Source: Podarcis bocagei (lineage: Eukaryota). Taken from it: a stretch of 64,000 nt of DNA. A program made the position numbers and the translations under genes. Below the pieces are notes generated by a model. That model worked only from the letters and a program-made list of their open reading frames with translations, made no database searches and was not told the origin of the DNA. This document shows, piece after piece, positions 27,616 to 41,356 of this stretch (position 1 is its first letter; each line of letters begins with the position of its first letter). The stretch lies in the NCBI GenBank assembly GCA_964188305.1, contig OZ076889.1. One strand, written 5' to 3'.

Positions 27616-30613
27616 ATTTCTCTTGTAGTGTAAGAAGCAAACATCATAAGGCTACGCAATGAATTCATGTCCAAACTGAAAATTTGAACTGAGGGCTTCA
27701 AATCATTATTATTTACTACCCCCCCCCCCACCATATCATGCTGCCTTGTGGGAGAGGCGACATTGCTGCTATGTTATTATCTGCTGAAAGTACAGTACAG
27801 GGAATGGCTGTGTTATAGATATTATAGAAATGCATGATCAGAAAACATTAGCACTTTAAAGGTGAGCACTATCAGCCTTCACAGCCTAAATTCCATTTGA
27901 ATGGCAAATATGACCATAGATTATTCAGTTAATTGGATAATCAGCCTGGTTTACATAATTCTGCTGAAGGTGAAGCTATCATAAGATGAACATTAATTCC
28001 TGAAAATAAACCCAAACTGATCATGTCCCAAACCCATCAGAGGCAGCTAGTGACCCAAAATCTTCTCTCTATCCTTTCCTGTAGCTCAAAGTAGAAAGTT
28101 AGACTTTAAATCCACTTGAGTGACAACAGGAATGCTTAATGTTAATATGGGGCCAAACTTTTAGATATTCAGAAGATTGATGCTGTCAGATTAATGTATT
28201 TCCTACATCATTTTTCATGTGTTAAGCATAAACTAGAGTCAAATGGATCAAAATCAATGATCCATTAATTTTAATAGCAGGTTACATTAATGTTATATGG
28301 AAATGCTTTATTGATTATGTTGCTAAAAATGAAAATCTCTATACTAATAGTATATCACACAAGTGCAGATGAACAAGTCAGAAAATCCATGATAAATTAG
28401 CAGAGAAGTTAGAAAATAGAATTTAGAAGTAGCCAAAGCAATTCCTTTTCCACAAACATTGGCTATTTTACTTTTATGAACAGGTTTTTTAAATGTTCTG
28501 ATGGTTTTGTCACGATGATAGTCACATACAAACTGAATTAAAATTGCTTCAAGTGTGGGGGCTTCTCATGGCAAATATATTACTTTAAATTCTAGCTTTG
28601 TGTGATGTGTTCTGGGCATTATTTTGAGCTGGTTATAACATAATTTAGTTCTCACAGTTACATGTGGAAATCAGATGAGTCCTAAAGAACTTGGAAACTT
28701 GCCGCTATTTTTTGGCATTTCTGTTGGTCCTAATAAATGTATTGCTCAACTAGATTTTTTAAAGGGTTTTGCTTTTCTCACGGACCAACATGACTACTTT
28801 TTGTTTTTATGTGCCTTGGAGAATACCAAATCTAGCTCTTCAGGGCAGCATCTACAACAAGAGTAAGACAATTTGCTACCAACTGAAAATGGACTTTGGA
28901 TTGGACAGCTTTATCCCTGCTAACCATTTGACACTATGTTTTTTGATACTGTATATTTTGTTTTTGTCCAGTACACCTTCAAAACTAATCTCTAGTTTTG
29001 ATAATGCTGCTATATTTGTCTTTTATTCTGCTAATTAGGAACCTATGTGTTTCATTTAAGGTGTTGGACAGATCTAGGTAACACCTGGAGTTTTGTTTTC
29101 AAAAATAGGAAGTAGTTATTGCTTTTTTTAAATCACAGAATCCTAGTATGTACCGTAACCTCATATCTGCAGTCATTATCAGAGACTTATTCAGCCTGCA
29201 ATCTATTATCTTGGAAATGAGTTTACAAGCTGACCTTATGACTACAATATCCAGCCTAATTTTGGTTCTTGTTTTTTCCTTCCCCATACCTACATTGTGT
29301 ATCATATTTCCTAATGAATAGTTCTGCTACTATTATATGACATTTTTATTAGTCCTGTGATAAATATATTGCCCAGTTGTGGATTTTGGATTTTTTACCA
29401 AAACCACCATATTTGCTTTTTATGGGTCATCTCTGTTCAAAAGATAAGCCTACAAATGGAACCTTAGATTGGGTTTTAAAATAGACAGTCATCTAGTAGT
29501 TTGTGATGAGTAAGAATCATCTCCAAGCACCAGGCAAGAAAGCTTCCAGCTGATGTGCTACAAATCACTTACTAGGGCACTGAAGATCTGGAGAAGTTTG
29601 TGGATTTATTTCCAGGCATTCTAGATCACTGTTGTATTCTGCTTATGATCATCTGTGGAAAGTTAAATGGATAATCCATTCCAGTGCAGTTTTGCTACGT
29701 ATGTGTACTCTTTCACTACCAAATGTCATATGAATGCAAAATTTTGCAACTGGTTCAGAATTGGTACAACTGCATACTTTTATTTTAAGAAGTTCACCTC
29801 TGAGTACATCCCACTTATATTACAAAAACTGCCCTCTCAAGTTTAAGAGAAGTAGCAAAGCTGTCCTGATGGATTTTGCTTACACTTTCACTGTCTCGCA
29901 TATAAACATATGCATATCCTAATTGTTTGTAACTTGTCTATTGCTGGATGATTTGCAGGAAAGCAGAAATTTAGGATATGATCAAGTGGATCCTGAAAAG
30001 GTAGCATGGGTAATTCTGATATAATACTTCCATGTGTATTCTTTCCATGGAATCATGATTTCTTTTAACTATGTTTTGTTCAAACAAGCAGACAAGCAAA
30101 CGAGCCATGGCTGGTTTCTCCAAAGCTTGGTTTGTTTTCCAGTTGTTCTTGCCTCACACCCCTGTAGCTTGGCAAGTATCTATAGTAGGGTGGTCAAACA
30201 ATACATGCTTAAGCAAGACTGTTGTGTTAGGACATAACACCAAACCATAGTAAAAATAAGTGTGGTTGGTGTCTGTCTGTCTTGGGAGACAAAGGAAGAG
30301 TGCACCTTCGGGAGCAAAGTCAAACTGTTGGATAGTTACAGTGCCTGCTGGAGCAATATAGGAAAGTCACGTTTTGTTGCAGCTGGGGCAGATGAATGCA
30401 GCAGATGCAGGTGTACCATTGCATTTCTTCTTGCTGCACTGCTCCCAGCAGTTACTCCTCCTCTGGTCACTTCTGTTCATAAATAAGCAGCACAGAACCA
30501 CAGCTTCACGTTGTGATTTGTTACCAGAAAACAAATCATGGTTAGTCTGCTGGGCTGAGTTCAGACACTGGAACAAACCACACTGTAGCTGAACAAGCCA
30601 TGAATTAGTCTAA

Positions 30614-31840
30614 TGTCAGACTAACCTGATCTCGTTTTTGACAGAATTACAAGCCTGGTAGATGAAGGGAACGCAGTGGATGTAGCCTACCTTGATTTCA
30701 GCAAGGCATTTGACAAGGTGCCCCATGATATTCTTGTAAAGAAACTGGTAAAATGTGGTCTTGACTATGCTACCACTCAGTGGATTTGTAACTGGATGAC
30801 TGACCGAACCCAAAGAGTGCTCATCAATGGTTCCTCTTCATCCTGGAGAAGAGTGACTAGTGGGGTGCCACAGGGTTCTGTCTTGGGCCCGGTCTTATTC
30901 AACATCTTTATCAACGACTTGGATGATGGACTCAAGGGCATCCTGATCAAATTTGCAGATGACACCAAACTGGGAGGGGTGGCTAACACCCCAGAGGACA
31001 GGATCACACTTCAAAACGACCTTGACAGATTAGAGAACTGGGCAAAAACAAACAAGATGAATTTTAACAGGGAGAAATGTAAAGTATTGCACTTGGGCAA
31101 AAAAAATGAGAGGCACAAATACAAGATGGGGGACACCTGGCTTGAGAGCAGTACATGTGAAAAGGATCTAGGAGTCTTGGTTGACCACAAACTTGACATG
31201 AGCCAACAGTGTGACGCAGCAGCTAAAAAAGCCAATGCAATTCTGGGCTGCATCAATAGGAGTATAGCATCTAGATCAAGGGAAGTAATAGTGCCACTGT
31301 ATTCTGCTCTGGTCAGACCTCACCTGGAGTACTGTGTCCAGTTCTGGGCACCACAGTTCAAGAAGGACACTGACAAACTGGAACGTGTCCAGAGGAGGGC
31401 AACCAAAATGGTCAAAGGCCTGGAAACGATGCCTTATGAGGAACGGCTAAGGGAGCTGGGCATGTTTAGCCTGGAGAAGAGGAGGTTAAGGGGTGATATG
31501 ATAGCCATGTTCCAATATATAAAAGGATGTCACATAGAGGAGGGAGAAAGGTTGTTTTCTGCTGCTCCAGAGAAGCGGACACGGAGCAATGGATCCAAAC
31601 TACAAGAAAGAAGATTCCACCTAAACATTAGGAAGAACTTCCTGACAGTAAGAGCTGTTTGACAGTGGAATTTGCTGCCAAGGAGTGTGGTGGAGTCTCC
31701 TCCTTTGGAGGTCTTTAAGCAGAGGCTTGACAACCATATGTCAGGAGTGCTCTGATGGTGTTTCCTGCTTGGCAGGGGGTTGGACTCGATGGCCCTTGTG
31801 GTCTCTTCCAACTCTAGGATTCTATGATTCTATGATTCTA
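30614..31840 (+). mobile_element. Young 5'-truncated CR1 LINE (RT domain, C-terminus, 3' UTR)
   Basis: ORF 30676-31662 has [27 protein letters not shown] and [13 protein letters not shown]. Tail is (TTCTATGA)n. TCTAATGT is duplicated at 30609-30616 and 31837-31844. Confidence 0.97.
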
Positions 31841-33099
31841 ATGTATAAACCAGGCCATTGTCAACTTTAGAAACCACATTTATGCATAATATTGCATCTA
31901 AAGGAGATTTCTGCATTAAAGTATATAAAAGCATGAATAGCTCCCAATCATTTCTTTTGCAGGAGGACAGACATAAGTAATGTTAAGAATTTCTCTAACT
32001 TCTGTTTTCCTTGTGTATTCATCCAACCAGTCATTTTAATGAAACAGTGTGATTTCATATATTTTCTTTTTAAAATATTTTTAATTAAAACCACAAGAAC
32101 AGAAGTTGGCCTTTCTGAAAATCAATTACTACATAAATACTTCATTTGGTTGCCTAATATTAAACAAACCTAAACTGTATGTTTGTCTTTTGGTGTGTAG
32201 AAAAGCTGGGGGTCTCAAATGTTGTTAGTCTGTGTTGTGCTGTATAATTCTGTTGACATGTTTGTAACAATGGGAAAGAGGAAAGCCTCTGCCTTGCCTG
32301 ATGGCAAAAAAGGTGAAATAGGAGAGCTGAAATTAGTACCGACATACTTGCTTGCTGTCCCTAGAGCTTCTGCTGCCTCTTAGAAGAGCAGCTATATCAG
32401 ATAATGAAAAATAGAGGCTCACCAGCCAGTCAAGCTTCATGGTTGAAAAGGTATCAGAGGTTTGTAAATTTTAGATAATTAATAATCCAGTATTATCCAC
32501 TGCTGGATAATTAATATTCAGTAGTTAATGCTGCTAATTAATATCCAGTAGTTAGTACTACTAATAAGGTTAAATAGCAGTTTCCTGGCAGTGAAGATAA
32601 CACTCTCCTTTTGCTAGATTTTGATGATTTCCTTGGCTAGATCATAGCTCTACTGCTTTGTAGTGGGGAGGGGCGGATGAAATACAAATCTGGTAATGTA
32701 AAAATAGTATTCATAACCTCAAGAGAGTGAACAGCCACAGGTGATTTGTCTAGTATTTCTCTTGACAGTTTGCCAAAAGGCTATTACCCTCTTGTTGCAT
32801 ATGGGGGTCTTAGAAAATACTGCAATAAATATTTGATGCACAGAGCATAGAGCTATAAGAAATTTGTTGAGAGAGGATTAGCAGATGTCGTTCATTTTCA
32901 CGCTTATAACTTGATACTACACAGTGATTTGTAATTAGAGGGTTAAGATGGATTAGCTTGAATGAAAATGAAATTCAAACTGCAGAAAGTCTATATGAGC
33001 AAGCAGGAATGAAGATGCAGCCTCATAGTGCAATAGCACAAGATTTGAACTTGATATGCTATAGTGGAGGGCTATATTATTCAGTTAAATAATGTGATA

Positions 33100-33850
33100 T
33101 ATATTTATTATTTCATTTATCTACCACTCTTCATAACAATATGACAGCATGGTTTACAAATAGAACCAAATACAGAACCACATCAGTCAGTAAGAACAAT
33201 CTTAAAATCTGCTCCAAACAACAGTGGGATAATATTTGGATTTATTACATTTATATACCACCTTTATTTCCCAAAAGATATCAAGGTGGTGTACATGGTT
33301 CTCCTCCTCCCCATTTCATCCTCACAACAACCCTGTGAGGTAGGCTAGGCTAAGAGATGGTGGCTGACCCAAGGTCACCTAGCGAGCTTCATGGCTGACT
33401 GGAGATTCAAACCTTGCTCTCTTTCTCCCAGGTCCTAGTCCAACATTCTAATCCTTATGCCACACTGGCTCTCTTAATATGACTAATCAACCATTCAGTA
33501 AATCAAAGGTCTCAAGGACCAGTGTGAAACAACTTTAAAAGTCCCACTTGAATAAGTGCATCTTAAGTAACAAGTGAAACTGAAATAAAAATGATACCTG
33601 ACACACCTACAGAGATAGGGAGTTCCATAAAGAGGGTGCCACAGCAGAGAAGGCCCTAGCTTGGGAAACTGCTCCTCAGACTTAGCCTATAGGCAGCAAC
33701 ACAAGAAGCCCTTGGCCAGTGATCTGAATTGTCAAGCTGGCACATACCAGGAGAGGTAGTCGGTCAGGTACTTGAGCCCCAAGCCATTATTGTCAGCATC
33801 AATACTATGAAGTCAGCTCAGTACCTAAAAGGCACACAGTGCAGATTCTG
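33100..33850 (-). mobile_element. Degraded L2 3' region with a nested SINE
   Basis: A/T tail at the left end; gggagttcca...gggtgccacagcagagaaggccct and ggtcaggtacttgagcccc are typical antisense L2 ORF2-end motifs. Confidence 0.65.
33240..33472 (-). mobile_element. tRNA-derived CORE/MIR-like SINE
   Basis: atcctcacaacaaccctgtgaggtagg...cccaaggtcac...ggagattcaaacc (antisense B box)...ccacactggct. Confidence 0.8.
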
Positions 33851-35419
33851 GGGAATATGACTAATTTAGCATGCCATTGAACTGAGCAGTGGTGTTGTTA
33901 TTACCCTCTGGCCCCATTTACTACAGGCAAGGCCCAAAAGTTGTCCATGAGGGAATGTAACCATTGGGCAGAAAATTATTTCCCACTCCTGTCTTATGGC
34001 TTCCCATTTTTCATTTAGGAACATTAAAATTGCCTCCTTGTTGAGTCAACCTGTCCATTATATTTTTGTCCAGAATATGACCAGAATTGAATGCTGCAGT
34101 AGAAAAGCACGAGACAATTATAGTGCGAGCCATTTCCTACCATCTAGAGAATTAGTTTAGGGGCACTTAAAAGACTAAGGGTGTATTTCCTATTAACAAT
34201 CTCGTCTTCTTTTGATTTGCCAATTTGTTCTTTATTGGTGTTGGATTTTTTATATGTTTTTTTAAATGCAATAAGTCTTTAGAAGTTTGGGCAGACTCAT
34301 GATTTTTGTGTGTGTGAACATTTACGCTTTAGGTATTTTTCAAGTACCAAATATTTGTTTATGTTCTGCTCTTGTCTGTTGTTTCATGTGGTTAAATTCC
34401 CTAGAGAGGATCCTCTTAAAAGCTTCTTATTTCCCTGAGAATGGAGCATTTTGAAAATGTACCTTCGGTGTGTCCCTTCGGAGTGCCACATCACAGTCTG
34501 TTGGCGGGGCTGTCATTAGAAGCTGCTATGTATTTCTGTTGCTAGGAGTAACCTGAATTATTTGCCTTCCACATGGTTGATGTTAAGTTGTTTTTGAAGT
34601 CCTTGTTTTATGGACCTCTCCTTTTGGTTCTTGGGTACTCTTGAGGTGTGCTTGGCTTTGGCAGGAACAGGCCCTCACTTGTTCCCCTCAAGACCGTAGT
34701 ATATCACCTACGCATGCATTACTTGCTTTACTACACTTCCCTGCCAACATGTGCTATTATTATTATTTTTTAAGAGTCACTGTTCTCACCCCTGCAAATT
34801 GTTCATAGAAATCTCTTAGTTCAGTTGTAGTCATGCCTGACCAGCACTGGACCTCTTGCCACATAAACTGTAGTCATTCCTCTGGCCTTTGATCTGCTCT
34901 ACTGCTCTTGATTGCCTGGCCTTAATTGAGCAACAGCATCATGTCACCAGCTTAAGGCTATATATTCAGCAAACAGAAGGAGTGGAGTGTAATGTGTGTT
35001 GGCATTTTAGAAGCTTGAACCTCCCATTAACAAATGTTTTAGTTTCTCAAAATGTTATAAATTATCTCATTTATCTAGAGCATAATAACTTATTTTCTGT
35101 TAAAACATTCAGAGTGGTATACAAACGATCAAAACAAAACAAATGGTAAGTATAAAAAGCAACAGTAATAACATACCATTCTAATTAAACTAAAAATGCT
35201 CCATAACAAAATATTCAGAAGCTTGTGGGAAAACAGAAAGGCACTTAAGCTTGGCTGCAATCCTCAGAAGGTTGTTCTAAATCTTAGTGTGAGCACATGT
35301 AGATCTTCACTAAGTACCGTAGATTTTATCTAGAGAATAACTTCCCTAACTTGATATAAAGGAATATGAAGCTGAATATGGAGGGAAAGCATGTCATGAG
35401 GTGTTCATTCATTCATTCA

Positions 35420-35760
35420 CCTGGAAAGTTAGCCCATCTAGGAGAAGGAAAACTCTGATCCTAAAGCCTTGTGGGATATCTTTGGGAGAAGAAAAGACTA
35501 AGGGGTAAACCTTTCACAAATCTGGAGTGGAGTCCCTAAGACGGTTGGATGGTGCCTTGCAACTCATGTAGCCAAGCTGGTGTCAAATGTATTGCTCTGC
35601 TTTCCTTTGGACCACATCAGTGAGGTCAAAAGCAGAATTGTGTTGTTTGGGCAGCAGCCTCCATAAACACTGCTCAGACTTGCACCCTGGGAAGGTCACT
35701 TTGATGCTGCTAATGCAGCTGTTTGTCATCACCCCCAGAGGAGCTCTCTCGAGACAGATG
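35420..35760 (+). mobile_element. Probable RTE-clade LINE 5' region fragment
   Basis: ggagaaggaaaactctga and aaatctggagtggagtccctaagacggttgg resemble recalled RTE 5' sequence. No coding motifs are recoverable. Confidence 0.4.
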
Positions 35761-36687
35761 GATACCAATAGCAACAATATATTTTGAGTGAATATGTTGA
35801 TAATGATAAATATTCTGTGCAATTTCTTTAAAAATATTCTGCACAAGTATGGAATCAATATGGTATATAGCACAAAACTTGGAAGCCTGCAAATGTGTAG
35901 GCAGTGTTTGAGGGGAGCATTTTGACAGTTGTGTGACAAGCAGAAAGGAAACAGTACAGCTTTTCCTGACATGGTGTGAAGAGATAGGGAAATGGCACCT
36001 GGCAAATGCCTCTTATGCTGCTTTTAAAAGCCTCGTTTTATCGCACTCCTATCTCCCCTTACCCTCAGTCTGTTATCCACACCCTGTGTTCTTTTCCTAC
36101 TGTCCTCTGTCATGGCAAAGTGGCACTATCCATTGTCATTTATCAACCCTTTCCATATTAGGCGTTCTCAGGTCCGTAGTACCCTCACTTATCTTTTTGG
36201 AGTAATTAAAAATGAATGCAAGTGGAACTTAAAAAAAAGAAAAGTAATTTTTTGGCCTTTAAGTCCTACTAAGCATGTGACGACTACAGCATAGATCCTT
36301 TTAGAAAGGTAAGTGGTCTTCGCACAAACTGATAAATGTAGTTTTTTTCCTGACTAATGAGGAAAACCACCCAGGGGGAAAATACTTGGCTCAAAAATTT
36401 CAGACATGAAAGTTATTTGTTTAAATTTTTGAGATAGTCAGGCATTTTCTTGAGTCTACTTCCTACCTTCCTCCTTGGGTTTTTAGTTCTTAATTTATTT
36501 CTCTTGCATCTTGATAGCTTAAATACTCAAAATACTGACCATTTTCCTTATTCTGATCTGCATCATTCCTGCCAATATAAAGATGAGCTGATTGCTATGG
36601 TATGATTGACCCTTTATTTGTGAGAGCCTGAAGTATATTCACAGTGTGCCTAGTGGTCTGTCATTGTTTTTTCATGTAATTACTTTG

Positions 36688-36806
36688 GGTTGTGTCTAAT
36701 GCTAGCCCTACTCAGAGTATACTCATTAAAACTAATGAACATGACTACCTTAGGTTCATTAATTTCAATGAGTCTGCACTCAAGTAGAACTAGTTCTGAC
36801 TACAAC
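36688..36806. mobile_element. Hairpin MITE; related copy at 9296-9400
   Basis: Whole element is an imperfect palindrome: ctactcagagtatactcattaaaactaatgaac / gttcattaatttcaatgagtctgcactcaagtag. Confidence 0.65.
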
Positions 36807-39800
36807 TTTTTGTCTTTCATCTAAATGCATTCAAAGGATTAACCCAGTTTTTCTGATGTTGATGCATAATATCTGAGTAGCAGTATTAAAGAGTCTCCAA
36901 ATTGTTATGCATATTGCAGTTTTTCATACCATATGTCCATACACAGTTTCTACACTATAGTATGATAGATATTTGGGAACTACAAAAATGTGGGATTGTT
37001 TATTAATCAAGCATCCTATAGGAAAGAATATATAACTAACCTTCAGAGTACGGAATGAACCTGGACCTTGTATAATATTACCAGCTGTGAATATTCAGAA
37101 ATTTGCCCTTATTCCTAATCAGAGAAATGTCCAAAGAGCTCATTTGGGATTGCATTATTTATCTTGGGGAATCTGAAACTGATTTTTGAAATCTGAATAA
37201 ATTTGTTGCATACTACTAAAATTACTATTACTAGATACTAACACCCATGAGGAATAATGAGGAGTTTGGGGGGGGGGGAGTAAAAAAAAATCCCCACCCA
37301 CTTCATGGTGCTTAATTTTTCATGTTCAGAACACCCTTGAGTTAGCCACAAACCTCCCCTTCTTTTTGAACTTCTTTTTTAAAATGAAGTCTGGAGATGT
37401 GTACCTCACCCTATTTCTTTCCCCATCCAGTTCCCCCAATTCTAATTAAACCTCCAATGCATGCTCATGCATGCACCCATTCACACACCAGTTTGTGCTA
37501 CAAAAGGGGCTACGAAACCCTAACAATTTAAAGCAGCATTGTGGAACATCTTGGGTGTGCCTGCAGAATAAGTCCACTGGCCTCTCCTCAGGCCTTCCCC
37601 CCCCCCCCAGCCCCCTATCAGCTCGACAGTACAGCACACAGCATGGAAGAAAAGCAAGCTGCCCATGGAGGAGAAGATCTCATTCCATGGGCAATTGGCA
37701 GCATTTCTGCACTGCATGTTGAGAAATTTTTAAACCTCTGAAGATGCATCCAATGTGTAAGGAAGGGTTATGGGCTGTCAGTCCACGTTTTCTTAGAGAT
37801 GTGGAGTAATACTTCTCTCTGTCTTTATTGGTTAAGCAGAGAACTCTTTTCCTCTTAAAACAAAAAGAAACTGAGAAAGTATGAAAAATGTCCATAAATA
37901 TGTTTGCAGTTTTCTTTAACATTTTTGAAAGAGGATTGTGATAAATGTGCTTACATAAATGGGATTTTTGTGGAGGTGGGAATTTTTTGTTCACAGGTAC
38001 CCATTTGTAATGACCTGTAAGGCTTTTGTACCTGGGTCAAAACAGTCTAACAGGCATCTGTCACATCATGGTGCATGCTCTTGACTAATGTTCTCTATTA
38101 ATGAAAATGAAGAAACACAATTGGCAGATCATTCAGGTATGGGTAAGAACTGTCACTCAGATTGAAAATAATTGCATCCACAGTAGAGATCGCAATAATA
38201 GTTTCCATAAGTCTTTGTTTAAAAACAGAAATGTGTTTCTCTCCTTACTGCCAAAGAACAACACCACCAAGAGCAAGAGTTCTCTGGCCTCCTCCTAATT
38301 TCACCTTTCAGAATCCAGGCTCAGATGTACGGATGCAATAGCAAATTAATTTAAAGAGAATATGATTCCATCCCAGTCTCTTGATTTCCAACTGAACCAT
38401 ACAACTGTTTATGTGGCAGCAATATGGTAAACCCATTACCACTTGATAAATTTTGTGCTGCAACTTGTGTGTGCTTTGGCACATGGGTGTAGAATTGAAT
38501 CCAGTTGGTGGGCCTGACCTTTACCTTTCCTTCCATTCCAGATCAAGTTTGAGAGGTGGGTGTGGCTCACGTCTCCTATCTTTTTGTAATGACTTCACTA
38601 AGCTAGCCAGGACAATTTGTATGCCTGTCCCACACCAGATGTCCTATCTGATGTCAGGTGTACAGCAGATGGGCATAGTTTGGCCAAAACAACCTAGCGG
38701 GTCAAATGGAGAGGCCTGGTGGGCCTATTGAAACCTGTGGACTGGAGGTTCCCCCACTGCTGCTTTAGTAGGTCCTCATTACATGTTGAGTTCCTTATGT
38801 TCCAGCTCAACTCTTCTTCTTTCTGAGCTTTCCAACAGGTGGTATGAGAGATGTCAGCGAACTCACAAAGCTAATCACTGCCAGAAATTAGGAAAGACCA
38901 CTTGAGGCAGTTTCACTTCATCTCCAACATCTTGTTTAAAATGTTCACATGAAACATCCCTTAGTCATGAACAGCAGTATTGTAGGAAGAGCTTAATTTG
39001 GTGCAGGGGGAGGCCCATGTGTAATGCTTATTTTGCATCGCTTTGTCCTGCTTAGCTGTCGCTGCCATGAGTAAGTCCTGATAACATGTATTTTCTCTAC
39101 TGCAGCTTGACAGTGGCTACATTGGACTACGTTAATTCACTGGGTCTTTGCTTCACATAGTCTCACATACAAACTGGGAAAGACTGCAAAAGGCTTAGAG
39201 ATTAAATTTGATCACTTGGAGGGTTTGGCCTCCCTGGATTAACTACCTATTTTATATTGCAGGCAGCAAAGGTGCAGCTGTAATTCAGGCACACTTGGCT
39301 AGTTCCAAAAGACTGTTTTTGTTTGCTATTCTTTGTGTATGCCTTTGCAAGCTAAGCTGTGTCTCGTGATACTCTTGTATATCCCTGCTTTTGTTTAATT
39401 TTGTACTGTAGAGGAGTGTGTGTTGTGGTTGTATTGGTGCTGCTGTTTCTTGTTTTTGAATGCTAGCTCTGGTGTCTTTCCAGTTAAGCTCTGTGTACCT
39501 TTTGTCTTTGAAAATCAATGGAGAGCAAATAAAAAAGAACTAGTTTTCAGTGGTACCTTTTGCACAAAAACCCTTTTATGTTTGCTAGTGAAGAGGCGGT
39601 TTCTAGGGATGCCAGACTTTGCATACAAGAAATGGCTTGGGCTCTTATTAAGCTTCAATTGCTTTGGGGGGGGGTATTTCTTTTGAAAATTATAGATGCC
39701 CACCATAGCCCCTTAACTTTGCGAAGTCAGAAACCAGATGTTCTCTCATGCTATGGAATCCTAATATGGAAAAAGTAGCTTCTGCAAAGTGGATTTTTGA

Positions 39801-41167
39801 GAAGATACCAGACAAGGATGCCTGATAAAATGTAAATATCTTATTTGCACAATTTTGCCTTGCCCTATAAATAGGTTGACCATTCAGAGATAAGCAAAAT
39901 AGAGGAGAAGGCTGGAGGGACTAAAATGTTATGCAAATTATGAATATGCAGATTGGACATAGGAAGTTAACATGAAGGACAGAAGTATAAAACACTTAGA
40001 CTTTGTTCATACAACACTTTAAACCGTACTTCAACTAAATGTTGCTTTAAATGTGAACACGCAGCATGTGCTGGTGCATGCTGCTAAAATCACAGACCAT
40101 TTGCTCTTCTTCTACCCACCATGTGGGAAGGAAGAGTAGAATTCTTGACTGTGTAGTCTATAAAAGCACAGGTTTGTCTTAATCCAGTAGGAAGGAATGA
40201 TTTCCATAGCTCAAATATCCAGATAAGAACGCCAGCTGATGTGGGACTGGCTGGTAAGAAGAGATCTAACACTCTAGTTTTGCTTAAGTATCTGCAAACA
40301 AAAGGATGACATGAGAATAAATGAGGTTCTAGTATTTTAAGAAGCTTTTAAATGGTGTTCTGACTTTTCTCATATATTTGTCTGTCTTGCTTGCAACTCA
40401 TGTTTAGCAGAGAACAGTACATCTTGCCTAAGATGTGAGGAAATGTGCTGAGCTTAGGAGATATTTGCTGAAGTGCTGCTCTGGAGCATTTGGGGGTTTT
40501 CTGTACAGGCCTCATAATGGCCTCAGCTACACTTACCTGTAAGGGTAGTACAGCTACTGCAGATAGAATTGCCTTTTTCTCTCACTGCTGAATTTTCTTT
40601 TTTCAAACTGTTCATCATAGTGATACTTTCATCTTATAATAGAGCAGTAAGCCATGGCAGGGTGTACATTGCTCATTTTCTGCACGCCTCAGGTATCTTC
40701 AATTGCCTGGGAGAGTTTCTGGCAGCTTCTTAATGTGCACCCTGGCATGGATTGGTGCAATTGCTTTGGCTTGTTAATTTTACATTCATTTGTTCATCAT
40801 AGTCATTTAATAATCATATGTGCCTTTGGAAGATCAGGACAACATGGGGAAAATTCAGTGAAAACTGAAATGAAAAATACTTGTCAGAGATTTGAGCTGC
40901 CTCTTCACTATTTTTGCTATGTTTATTGCTTGAGAGTCATATATACAGTCATATATTGTTTGAATGGGTGAGCTGCTGTGGAATCGTGGACTCACCCCAA
41001 TCTACATACAGTTGCATGATCAAGCTTAGGAAAATAGGTTTGCCAGAGGAGTCACCTGTGCACAGCACTGACTAGCTGGTGCTTGCAATATTGCGAACCA
41101 ATTTCCTGTTTTGGAATTTTGTCCCATTGCTACTTGGTAACATGATTCTCTTTCTATTGTGTTTCAG

Positions 41168-41356
41168 AGAACCAGATCCCATCTGGCTTTCCAACCATAG
41201 ACATGGGTCCACAGCTCAAGGTAGTAGAGAAGGCTCGCACTGCTACAATGCTCTGTGCTGCCAGCGGTAACCCTGACCCTGAAATATCCTGGTTCAAAGA
41301 CTTTCTTCCTGTGGACACAGCCACTAGCAATGGCAGAATCAAACAGCTCCGTTCAG
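41168..41356 (+). CDS. PTPRF: Receptor-type tyrosine-protein phosphatase F (LAR), internal exon encoding the first part of Ig2
   Basis: Acceptor tgtgtttcag|AG, donor TCAG|gtaaaa, 189 nt, phase 1-1. Translates (E)[62 protein letters not shown](G). EKAR, EISWF and ATSNG match LAR rather than PTPRD/PTPRS (ERTR, EITWF), from recalled sequences. Confidence 0.95.

Noticed and set aside
30676-31662. 328-aa ORF as a host gene or novel RT system
   Set aside because: Ordinary 5'-truncated CR1 ORF2 with no endonuclease domain, no true start and a premature stop.
1-41167. Upstream Ig1 exon or a nested protein-coding gene
   Set aside because: No recognisable exon found by eye. ORFs are short and lack homology except for TE remnants. 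A small exon could have been missed.
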